64,000 nt of DNA from Nageia nagi (Eukaryota > Plantae > Pinophyta): assembly GCA_050084985.1 (NCBI GenBank), contig JBITNC010000001.1, forward strand, positions 150,536,001 to 150,600,000. The letters run 5' to 3'. Below, one piece after another: positions 40,176-51,874 of the stretch; position 1 is the stretch's first letter; each line of letters opens with the position of its first letter. The notes below the pieces were generated by a model. It ran no database searches and was not told where the DNA came from. It was given only the letters and a program-made list of their open reading frames with translations. A program made the position numbers and the translations under genes.

Positions 40176-41331
40176 CAAACACACCAAAATATGAGACAAG
40201 AAATGGAGATCAAATGTGCCACGACTCAATTAATGATGGAATGATTGGTACAATACAATACCAGGCCCTCAAGGGCCCAACGTTGGCCTCAAAGGAGCCA
40301 ACTAGGGAACACTGATTTGCAGATATGAACTCTGATGCAGATATGTTGTAGAAAAACCACACTCTACTAGATCTGTGGACGTCTTATTGAAGGGCTTCCT
40401 CATAGGTTAGCTCCCGGTGAAGAAAACAAGTGCGATTCCAGAATACCATCGGATGGATTCAAAGTTGCAGACCGCTATGGACGCCTCAGGGTAGGGCAAC
40501 CTCACAACACGAACATTCACCTCAACTGCTAGTCAGAAGGTGTTCCAAGCCTCTTGGACTCTCCCTGGTCTACATGCCCAAATGTGCTTGACACCGCAAA
40601 GACTTTAGAAGCTCTGAAGAAGAAGGGGTTTCAATATCAAATTCAACATATATGTGTAATGGTGCACCAATGTCTTTTATAACATTCATGGATCTGGATC
40701 TCACCTAGAAGTTATCACTGAGTCTCTCTAATCCAACATCAGCCTCCTAGAGGCTCCAAAATGCCCAACGTGGGTGTCTAGGGATCATGCATGCCCAACG
40801 TGGGTGTTTAGGGGTCTTACATGCCCAACGTGGGTCCTTATGCGCAACATGGGTGTCTTGGAAGTCATGCAAGCCAACGTGGGGGTTGAGGAGTCATGCG
40901 TGGGTGTCTTGGTGTCATCATGGCCAATGTGGGGGTCTAGGAGTCATGAGTGGGTTTCTTTGTGTCATCATGGCCAATGTGGGGGTCCAGAGTCTCCCCA
41001 AGGTTGGCGCAAGCATACAAGTGTAATAATGTTCGCTAAGTCCAACATTGGATTTAGGGGTGACTATCCGTGCTTACTCTGCCATCTTAAGTGTTACATA
41101 AGACTTGGGATTTCCACAATCAAATTTAGGATATCCAAGTGCATTAATAACTAATAAAATAACTCATCCTAGGCTTGGGAGGAAAACATCCCTTTTTGGG
41201 GCTTACAATGTGGGTCTGATGGACCATTATATTTCTATCCCAAGTAGCTAATAATGCAAAAACAAAATATTTACAAAGGGAACACCTAGGATCCCAAATT
41301 TACTTAATTTTGCTCAAAAAGGGATGTTACA
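40176..41331 (-). mobile_element. Left-truncated LTR related to the 12193 solo LTR
   Basis: Collinear with 12450-13000 (GTAGGGCAACCTCAC, GAAGAGAAGGG.TTTCAATATCAAAT); ends GGGATGTTACA. Confidence 0.8.
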
Positions 41332-41899
41332 AAATGATATTGTTAAAAAGTCTAGAGATGAGGGAGGAGGGTTTTACTAGCATGCTTGACATTCTTGGAT
41401 TGGATCTTTTGAATTTTCTTGCAAACTAGATGGGGAGAGAAGAAATCTGGAGTGGCGGAGTGGGAGAATATGACAGTTGGGGTTTGGTTGGGGTCATTAT
41501 AGAGTCGGGAGGCATAGGCTTGCTAGACATGAAGGGGGATACCGCATAGGTTTTGTCTTTTGGATAGAAAGGAGCTCTAGAAAGATTTGGGGTTGTGGTG
41601 AAGGGAGGAGATAACCTACTGCCTCCTTTTGGCTAAGAAATCATATTTCCTAGCCCTTAGAAGGCAGTGGCAGGATTGATGTAGGGAGAAAGTGGCAGGA
41701 TTGATATAGGGAGTGGGTGGAGGATGTGGATGAATCAAGGGTGATGGCATGCTTGAGGTCACAATTATTAGCTTTACATTCCATGTTAAACTATTGATTC
41801 ATTAGGTAATGTCCTATTAATCAGGCGCATGATGGAGGGTGGGTGGTGTGGGGGAAAGCTTGGAGGGTTGCAAAGTGGAGGGTGTCAACAAGAAAGAGA

Positions 41900-42260
41900 G
41901 CTTGGGCATAAATAGAGGAGAATAACATGAGGAGAATAAGTTCATGTTATGGAGTTTCTATTTTAGGAGGTGGTTATATAAGTTGGAGAGGATCGTGTTG
42001 AAGTGGATGTTTGTACGAGGGGTGGATGGGGTAGGGGGAGGAGGGGCAAATGATAAGGAGCGACATGAAAGGATTGAAAATGAGGAGTTGATAGAAGGAT
42101 TGAAGAGGATGTAGCTGACAACACTGGAGCCATTGACACGGGGAACAAGGTGTGATGTCAAGAGTTAGGGAATTGAGCAATACCATTCAAAATTATAAGG
42201 TCGTGTGCCTTGTCAAGCTTGAGTAAGAATTTGCCATATGCCAAGGGAGGCATAGTGTTT
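41900..42260 (-). pseudogene. Relic of a LINE APE-type endonuclease domain
   Basis: Minus strand reads AYGKFLLKLDKAHDLIILNGI...NGSSVVSYIL...SPHVI, matching the endonuclease motifs GxxLLxLC...LxILNG...GxSxVDY...SDH. Confidence 0.55.
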
Positions 42261-43639
42261 GCAGATGTCTGTTAGAGCCCAAGGATGCGATCAAAGGTAG
42301 ATGTTTGTTGGAGCCCAAGGACATGATCAAAGGCCTTGTGGTGAAGAGGGTTTGACCTGTCATCAAAGTACTGTCTGTAGTTTCCTTGTCCCAGCATTGT
42401 TTGTAATCATGATATTGCCTTGTATTGAGAAATCTTCAGGAAAAGGTCAATTTGCGAGGATTCTCCAAACCATTGTATGATAAAATGCGATGTTATTGGT
42501 GGGAAGTAACACCCTGCTATGTATACTCTCTTGAGTGGTGGGGATCTTGACTAGCTCAATGACTGCTTTTAGCTAGAACATTGGGTACATATAAGAGATC
42601 CAAAAATTGAATTAGGGCCAGAATATATTCAGGGTTTACCCTTTGATAATAAGCTTGTATTATTGTTGCAATATAATTCAAAGCTGTTTGACATTTTCCA
42701 ATTTATGCTTCTGAATTGGTTTGTTTACTAGAATGTTGAGAATTTTCATTTTCGTTTATTCTGATTAACTAAATGACGCTTCAAATTTACTTTTCTGTAT
42801 GAATTTTATTAACATGATTTCAGATGTGTCTTTTAAGTTGAAGATGAATGCTATGTTTAATCCAACCAAATTGATCGTGTGGTTGTTTCCAATACTCAGG
42901 TCATATTGGAATTTTCCTTAGTAAATCTCCAAGACTGGAAATTTACTTTTTGTCTCTTCTTCCTTTTTCCTTTTCCTCTGTTTACTTTCTCTTTCAATAA
43001 ATTATGCAGCTGGTCTACTCCGGATATTGATCTAATAATTTCTTAGTTCATCCAAACACATTGTGACTAAGGGTGCACAATATTATTAAAGGCTAATCAA
43101 CATTTAGTTTTCGATTGCTTCCTACATATTTGTTGAGCTGGTTTTGATTGTTTTGGAGGTGTGGTACAACTCTTCCCCTTTTTTTGGTATCATAGCCAGC
43201 TTTATTATGTCTTATATATAACTAAATAGTTTTCTTTTCAATAAAAAAATATATTAATTCAATTTAAAATAGTAAGTATAAATGATTTGTTAATGAATTT
43301 TGAACCTAGATATTATTGAGATCTTTTTGCCCTTACGTTAATGTGTATCAAATATCAGTATGACACAGTTTTTTTTCTCATTTTTTATTGCTGTCATATT
43401 TGTTTCAAATTTACAGTTTTTTTCATAGACTCTGTGTAATGTCAAGTGACAGAAAGGACTGATTTCCTTATCATCCGTCAACTGTCTCATATGAGGCATT
43501 TTACAGTAATAGTTTAATAGTTGTTTTTGGCTTTTTTCATCTAAATTTTGGTATCTTTAAAGGGAAATGAGGTTTAATGGTCCACTTGTATGGGATTTCC
43601 TTTGCAGTTAGATTCATTGGTTTATTATTTAATTTTCAG

Positions 43640-43710
43640 ATATAAAAGAGATGCTTGGCTGGCAAAAATTACAGAAAGTTACAATGTCATTGCAGTCAGT
43701 GGTTCACATG
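43640..43710 (+). CDS. MurC: MurC exon 3 (71 nt, ends inside the P-loop)
   Basis: Acceptor TTTTCAG| at 43639; first A completes GTA(Val), then YKRDAWLAKITESYNVIAVSGSH-G; donor G|GTACTT at 43711. Too short to appear in the ORF track. Confidence 0.9.
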
Positions 43711-44689
43711 GTACTTGTTACCCTTCGCCTGTTAGCATTCTTTTTTCTTTTTGAATCTTTGTGCCACTTTCATATTATGATAATTGGAGCAGAAACATGA
43801 CATTAGCAATCGCATCATAGGACCTCATTGGATGTTACACTACTCTTCATTTCCATGTTTAGTTGTTTCACTAATATGTTTCAACTTTCATGTCAGTATC
43901 TCTGTTGGCATCTTTGTACGACCATCTTTGCAATAACTTATTATTACTCTTGAGTTCCCAAGAAAAAAAGTGCACAATGTCCTGATTGCATTTGGTACAT
44001 GTATTTATGGGCATCATTAGTTGTTTATTTGCAATTTTGCATAAAATAAGGGAGTGCCCAATATGACTGTAATCAAAGAGTAAATAACTTAGAAATGATA
44101 TCTTATATATCGTATAAATTAGGCACAAAAGCTCACAAAATCTGAAATGTGGAATATCACAAAAACTACAAATAGCGCAGATAATAACCCTAGAGAACAA
44201 GAGGGACTGGTTGCTAAAGTCATTCACAAACGCTTAAATATCCGAGGTAAAGAAAAATAAAAAGCGAGATTTCAAGATTTTGAAGTTGAGTGCTTGCATA
44301 TCTACCTATTTTGAGATCAAACAGATCTGTTATGTAATATTGGTTCTTGTGAAGGCATGGCCTCGACCTTGTATAGGCTGAAGTCTGAACTTTACAGCCT
44401 TTAATAGCTGTCCTTTTCATAGAAAGGAAGAAAAAACATAAATTTATATTATTGCCCTTGAATTCCCAATGTATTTCTTTGGTACTCGAATTCACAGCTA
44501 ATTACAGTAGCATGGAGAAGTCTGCAAGAAATACTACAAAGTAAGAACTTGAACATAGTAGCAGAAGAATCTCAAATTGTAAACTTTTCAGAAATGATAA
44601 CATTGTATCTTTTCTAGAGAAGATGATTAATAAGATGAAGATGTTAGTGCAAGTTTTACTCTACTCTATATGCGGATGTGGAGTTTAAG

Positions 44690-45472
44690 GACTGAAATTG
44701 TCATCAATTACCATGCAAATGCCATTTGATCTGATGACACTCCAAGAATGGACTGGACCATAGTTTGTAAATGTGGATTCATCAAATGTGGTGACAGATC
44801 CATGCCCTTGCGTGATCAAGCCATGATACCACCAATCATATGCCACGCCATGATACTACCAATCATATGCCATGCCATCCAAGTGTAGAGTGGCAAACTG
44901 CATTGCATCCTCAATCATGGGCTAAGGGTGAAATATGTTTTGCAATTTCTCCAACCATGCCCTAGCCATCATCTTGTGACTTCCATCATACAATGGCACC
45001 TGCATCCTACTCAACTTTTGCTGTAGATCTTGCTTTTACACCCCCTGCAAATCTCCATGTGGCTGACTCCGCTTCACCTTCTTCCCCAAAATCTCCAAAT
45101 AGCTCTGAAAACTCATTGTGTCCTTAAACTTGGCTGTGTTTATGGTGTACTCACGAAAAAGGGCATTCAACTCCAAGGGCGTCACCATGCCTGATCATGT
45201 TCATACTTGGGAAGGAAAATGGGCTTATGTGGCCTAGGTAGGGGTGGCGGCTGCACCTATGCCATCTTGGTTGTGTCTCCATCAAAATATCTCTGCATCA
45301 AAACCTCTCCTTGAAATGGATCTCAGTTAGATCCATATCTGAATAAAGAATGCCCAAATCCCTTTGGATCCTTGGTGGATCTAGATCTATGCAGCATGGC
45401 TTCTCCTCCTTTATGCAATCCTTGCTCCAACCCTGGATCTCTAGCAAATCTATATCCGTGTAGCAATGCCTT
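44690..45472 (-). pseudogene. gag: gag fragment of the same chromovirus family, interrupted by the 45473 element
   Basis: Reverse complement of 44800-44960 aligns with 52800-52920 (YFTL.P...DA..F.TLHLDG.AY.WW.HG); 27-bp tandem duplication at 44821-44876. Confidence 0.7.
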
Positions 45473-46429
45473 TGTGATGTCCCTTTTTATTAGCTGTCCT
45501 TTTTTGGGTGTGATTTGGTAGTTAGTATTGTTGAATGTATTGTAGGCATGATTTTAACCTTGCAATAGGAGACTTATGGGTCCAATGGACCAATTGTGAG
45601 CCCCAATGTGGGACGTCTCCTTCCTTGAGATAGATTAGAGTATAATGCACATTTAAGTGTAAGTTTGGGATCCCAAGGCCCAACACATGATTAGAGGGTG
45701 AGTTCATGGATTGGAGTGATCCCAAGGCATGAGGTGGTACCCCCAAGCATGACGTCTCCTAGGTGGGTGTGTAGGCACCTAACCTTGGGGAATTTTTATA
45801 TATATGGCTAGTGCAAGATTGGAGAGATATCATTGAGCATATTCTACATCTTTTATCTTCGGAGTGGCAAAGCCATCTCTTGGGCCTCTTGTTGGACGGA
45901 AACCCAACAAGGGAAGGATTTAGTGGGATGTAGTCCTCACTAGATCTTGGCTAAGGATAGAAATGTCATGTGCCTTTTTTACACTTATGCCTTTTTGATA
46001 CATGTAAAGATCCATGGGGTCCACCGGGGGCTTGGCATCCACCCTTAGGAGGCTTCTAAGCACAAAACAATGTAATCTAGGAGTGATTTTGTAGTTAGGA
46101 GTGCTTTATTATTAATTACATTGTATTTAGACATTGATGTAACCAAGCAATGGGTATTTAAGACAAACTGTGAGTCCCAAAGTGGGACGTCACCCTCCTT
46201 GGATAGATAAAGGTCATTTAGGCTTGATTGGACATATCTCGAGGTGGAATCCTAGTGCCAAGCATAGGATGTCCCCTAGATGAGATCAAACCTCATCCTA
46301 AGGCCCAACGCATGATTTCTATGTGGCGCTCCACTGGTATGGACTCCTAAGTGAGATTTAGGCCACCTAGTGAGACGTCTAGCTACTTAGGGGCTTGGTG
46401 CATCATTTGGAAGACAATTTTTGATCATA

Positions 46430-49400
46430 TGTAAAAGCCCTAATGGAATTTCTCACACAAACAAGCAAATTCCTTCAGACCAACACCCATGTCTAGCTTA
46501 GAAGGGCATAAACATGCATTCAAGACCTCGATATGCCAATGTTAGGGTTAGAGCTCAAGATAAAAGCAAACACAACCTCACAATGCCAACGTCAGGCTAC
46601 AACATGCATGAAAGAGTAAATATACCACAACATTGCATACATAGACAAGTGCACAATACAAGTGCCCAACGATTGTATTGAAGATAAATAAGGATTAGTG
46701 ATACAATACCAAGCCCTAAGGGTTGGACATTGGCCTCCAACAAGCCAACTAGGGCACAAAGTGTGTCTCTCACTGCTGGATGGACAGATGATGGATGGGA
46801 CGGTCTTGCTTCCTCAAAATTTGAATCCTCTCCACCGAAGGAGCCCTCCTCAAACCCTGGCGACCAACTGAATGGTAGAAGCTTAACCTTGGAATACAAC
46901 CAGATGGGCTAGGGTGCTACACCAAAGTCGTAGATTAACATGATCCCTCAGCCTGCTAACCCTCCTAGATGCTGCACCTAGTGATCTTGCTTAGCTCTGT
47001 GCTAAGACTTTTGTCCTTTGGACAGTATGAATAATATTATCAAATCAGTTTATCCAACAATGATGCTCCAATGCCTAATATAGCTCAAGCCTGGATGTAG
47101 AACATCACCTCGGAATCATCCATGCTTAGCCTACCCAACGTTAGCCTCGAAGGGGCCCTCCAATGCCTCAAACATGTCATAAATGCTCATGGGTGGGGTG
47201 TAGAGCCTCCCTAAGATGTGATGTGGGCCTCCTAGGGTGATGGGATGCCTCCAAGTCCAACGTTGGCGTCCTAGAAGGCCCCCCATGTCATGCGTTAGGT
47301 TTCTAGGAGTCATACATGTGCCTAGATCCTATTTACATGCTCATATAAGGCCTTGGGATTGCCACAATCAATTCTCGGAATCTCCAAGTACATTAAATAA
47401 TATTAAATCATTCTAGCGTACGCTTGGGAGGAAGACTTCCCACTTGGGGCTCACAGTGGGGTCCAATGGACCTTTATAATTTCTATCCCAAGTACTAACA
47501 ACTAATGCATAATTAAATAAATAAATAAAGGCGAAATCTGTGGGATTCCATAATTAATTACATTTTGCAAAAGGGGATGTCACAAAGCCTTCTCTCTCAA
47601 AATTGCTTGCCCTCAAGCAATTACAATACAATCTAGGGTTCCAAACCCACCTCAAAGAATAGAGTCCATCATGCTCAAGTGAAGAAATCATATCAACTAT
47701 GCATCCAAAAACTCAGCCTCAAGAGTGTGCACAACAGCCTTCCAAACATCAGCAAGTGTATGATACTCAGGTCTGAAATAAAAATCAGCGTGCAATGGCT
47801 TAAGATCAGTCCTCAAGACTTCCCAATCAATGTGTAAACATGTATCGATAGTTGGCAGAAAGGTTACCAATGTTGGGTCTTCATAATTACCCTCAAATGG
47901 TGCAAGGAGTGCCAACCATAAGGTCTCTAACTGTGTACTAATGGCAGCCAACAAATCAGGAAAAACAATAATCCAAACAAAGCCTTTTATTATCAACAAA
48001 CAGTCATCAATGATTGTAAACATTAAGACTGGGACAGCTGTCATCAAATTATTATCAAATAATGCATCAACAATGTGTGTAAAGACAACAAATATTCCCT
48101 GATCATAGGCAGCCCCTGTCAAGTGAAGAGCATTCCTTATATTATCCGCAACATTCCATCTTGTATCAACAATAAGTTCAGCCTTTACTGAGTGTATATG
48201 AGTCCCAAAGTCATGAGCAAAGTGTACAACAGCAGACTCATTGTTTTTCAACTCTCTTGTTTTTCAACACAAGACCTGCCCATGTCTTTTCTCCACAAAG
48301 TGGCATATATGCAGCCTATAATATGCGAATGGAAGCCTTCAAATCATCATGAAAAGATACATCAACAGTATCTCTTTCAGACGTAGCCAGTACTCTTCCA
48401 AATGCAGTCCTTAAACTGGTACAATATTCAGTCTCAACAACATCCAGATACGCAGCCTTCAATGCATGGATAACAACCTTCAATCCTTCACCAAATGATG
48501 TATCAACAGCACATCCATCAACAACAGTCAATGCTTCTTTGATTTCAGTCCCAAGGTGATAAGGAATGCAGTCCTCCTCCTAAAAACAACATCTATCAAT
48601 GTGTTGTCTGCAGAAGCTTTCATGACGCCATTAGCACCTTCATTACCAAGATGATTCTTCAAAGATGGGGCAAATGGTACCAAGGTAGGAATCAACTGTT
48701 TAGGATGCACCAACTCTTCCTCCAAGTCTGATTTGAAAACCTTCATGGTTTCATTTTCATTCCCCATGATCACCTCCAACCTTCTTATTCTCCCATTGTG
48801 TGCAAACACACCCGGATCCCATGGAGCTAGGAGACTATTGCAATTCACATGAAGAATTGATCTTTTCCACACATCACACTTTGAAACCAAAGGCATGAAA
48901 CTACGATGTGCATACTCACAAGCTGATTGAAAAGTTTCAACATTCACATCTACATCAAGCTTCTTGTCCTTTGCTACATCTTCAACAAATGAGGGTGATT
49001 GCATTTTGAAGGAAACATTTTGTAGCTCTACTTGACATACCTCATGTTAGGATACAATGATTTTTGGTTTTCCAAGATCTGAAATAGCATTCTCTTCTTT
49101 GCAATCTTTATTTCCTCTATAGATTCAAAGCCATCTTCATCTTCCTCACTACTATTTCCAGAAACCAAATCTGAAACAACAATGGCTCTTTCCTCTTTCT
49201 TTCCAATATTATTACTTTCAACCATATCATGTAAAATTTCTGAACTACTGTCATTGAAATCAGAATTGCTTTCATACCTTTTTGGGGTGTCAACATGGCT
49301 GATCCAAGATTCTTCCTTTGCCAATTCTCCTTTTTGTCCAACGTTGGGTGCCCAAGCTCCTTGGTGCTCAACATGAGGTGGTAAACCTTTTCCTAGTGCA

Positions 49401-51296
49401 ACGTTGGGTGCCAAGCCTTCTTTATGTCCAGCGTGGGGTGCCAAACTTCCTCTATGCCCAACATGTGATGCCAAGACTCCTTGTCTATCCTCGCCATTGA
49501 ATCTAGGAATCTCATCAATTCCTCTTGATTCCTTCGGTATTCTTGGTAATTTTGCGGCCATGGTGGAGACGAACATGATGGTGGAGAATGTTGAATTCTT
49601 CTTTTTGCATGAAGAGTGTCTTGAGATCTAAAGTCTTCTCTGGATCTGATGTCATTTTCTTCACACTCTCTCATATGGCTAGATTGGAGTGATCTAGGGT
49701 TGTTGTAACGCCCAACATCTCTTCTTGGTGAGTCTTTTTGGAAAAATGCATTTATCTTCTCAGTTTGCTGCTGCATTTGTGTGGTCAATGATCTACAGAG
49801 GTGTATGAGTTGATCATACTACTCTATTTCTCCCCATGATGCCATAGTCTTTAAAACCCTAACTCAAAAATCTGAAATCTTCATATTAAATTTTTCTAAG
49901 TAGCCGGGACAATAGATCAAGACTTTTTATACCTGGAAATGGCCTTCAAATTTGCAGATATATTCTCCAAACCCTAGACGACTTGGTCTAGGAATTCAAA
50001 TTTCCCCAAACAATTGCCATTTGACCTTGAAATTGGCCTTTTAAGTGCATAACCTTTTGATCCATTGGTTCAATTTGCTTGTAGCTAGATCTCACCACAT
50101 AGGTTGGCCAGATCTAGGCTCTGATACCATTGTGAAAGCCCTAATACAATTTGTCACACAAATAAGCAAATTCCTTCAAACCAACACCCACGTTTGGCCT
50201 AGAAGGGAATAAACAAGCATTCAACACCTCAATATGCCAACATTAGGGTTAGAGCTCAAGAAACAAGCAAACACAAACAATGCCAATGTCTGGCTACAAC
50301 ATGCATGCAAGAGTAAATATACCACAACGTTGCATACATAGACAAGTGCACAATACAATATGAGATCCAATGCCCAACAATTGTATTGAAGATAAATAAT
50401 GATCAATGATACAATACCAAGCCCCAAGGGCTAGACGTTGGCCTCCAACAAGCCAACTAGGGCACGTGTGTCTCTCACTATTGGACGGACAAATGATGAA
50501 TGGGACAATCTTGCTCCCTCAAAATCTGAATCCTCTCCATCGAAAGAGCCCTCCTCAAACCTTGTTGACTAATTGAATGGTAGAAGCTCAACTTTGGAAT
50601 ACCACCGAATGGGCTAGGGTGCTACACCAAAGTCGTAGATTAACATGATCCCTCAGCCTGCTAACCCTCCTAGATGCTGCACCTAGTGATCTTGCTTAAC
50701 GCTGCGCTAAGACTTTTGTCCTCTGGACAGTATGAGTAATATTATCAAATCAGCATATCCAACAATGATGCTCCAATGCCTAATATAGCTCAAGCTTGGA
50801 TGTAGAACATCACCTCGGAATCATCCATGCCTGGCCTACCCAACGTTAGCCTCCGAGGGATCCTCCAATGCCTCAAACATATCATAAATGCTCATGCGTG
50901 GGGTGTAGAGCCTCCCTAAGGTGTGACGTGGGCCTCCTGGGGTGATGGGATGCCTCCAAGTCCAATGTTGGGGTCCTAGAAGGCCCCCCATGTCATGCGT
51001 TGGGTTTCTAGGAGTCATACATGTGCCTAGATCCTATTGACATGCTCATACAAGGCCTTGGGATTCCCACAATCAATTCTCAGTATCTCCAAGTACATTA
51101 AATAATATTAAATCATGCTAGCCTACGCTTGGGAGGAAGACTTCCCACTTGGGGCTTATAGTGGGGTCCAATGGACCTTTATAATTTCTATCCCAAGCAC
51201 TAACAACTAATACATAATTAAATAAATAAATATTTACAAAATGGGATATCTATGGGATTCCATAATTAATTACATTTTGCAAAAGGGGATGTCACA
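46430..51296 (-). mobile_element. Complete non-autonomous LTR element (4867 bp; LTRs 46430-47584 and 50131-51296)
   Basis: Paired ~1.16-kb TG...CA LTRs; TSD TCATA/TCAAA (4 of 5 match); PBS rc TGGTATCAGAGC at 50118-50129; PPT at 47585-47598; internal region lacks gag/pol and is homologous to 35840-38990. Confidence 0.92.
47697..49845 (-). pseudogene. Frameshifted ORF of unknown function in the non-autonomous element
   Basis: ORF pieces 49393-49788, 49028-49576, 48528-49004, 48316-48531 and 47697-48251; most are homologous to pieces at 35776-38714. Confidence 0.5.
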
Positions 51297-51874
51297 TCAA
51301 ACTTGTCAATTTCACTCAGAGATTGGCATGGAGTCATCTCTTGGCATCTTGTGGACGAAAACCTATAGGAGAAGGGTTTAGTGGGATGAAAACCTCACTA
51401 GATCTAAATAAGGACGAACACCCTTAGTCATTTGTTGTAGCACTTCTATCCTTTCGGAGTACCCGGAGTTGGGAAGAGCCCTTTGGTGGAGTGTCCAACT
51501 TGTATAAGGGATTGTTGTTTCAGCTATTTAGTTTTAGATCTAGGTGTGAGACCCTAGTTCTAGACGTCAGCCTTCCAAGAGCATTTTGCCATTGTTACAT
51601 GCTAGATTTGGTCCATAGAGCCAGATGTCCAACCTATTTTTGCTCTATTGCATTGCACTTGCTCATTTGATGATATGATTGAGGCATTATTTATTAGATC
51701 TCATTTCTTGCTTGTGCGTGGGGTGTTTTTGAGCATTGTGAGTGTGTCTGGCATCATTTCCTGTCTTGGTATAATTCATTGGGATTTTTGGCACAATAAT
51801 TTGGCATAGAGATGATTAAGGTGCATCACAGTGGTATTAGAGCCTGATTATGCCATCTTGTGGTAATATTGTGG

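Larger units (their letters stand above)
8102..43710 (+). other. MurC: Spliced nuclear gene (5' part, 3 exons) for plastid-targeted MurC, UDP-N-acetylmuramate--L-alanine ligase; continues beyond the window
   Basis: Joined exons read without stop or frameshift: transit peptide-...RLHFVGIGGSGLSALALLALKQ|GWRVSGSDVTWSIYMDALERAGARLLLGHS...VAVVVSNAIPEDNEEIEFANSLGIQV|YKRDAWLAKITESYNVIAVSGSHG. This matches the MurC motifs HFxGIGGxGMSxLA, GxxVSGSD, VVxSxAIxxDNxE and IAVxGxHGK in the correct order. Intron phases 0, 2 and 1, all GT-AG where both ends are in the window. Confidence 0.93.

Noticed and set aside
43711-44690. Candidate MurC exon 4
   Set aside because: No AG-preceded frame giving the expected (G)K(S/T)TT continuation was found by eye
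20960-46899. Recurrent short ORFs 'MPIRWYSEVALLPFSWSPGSKEGSF...' (20960, 26376, 39299, 46597)
   Set aside because: They are translations of the conserved LTR core; starts, stops and frames differ between copies, so they are not a gene family
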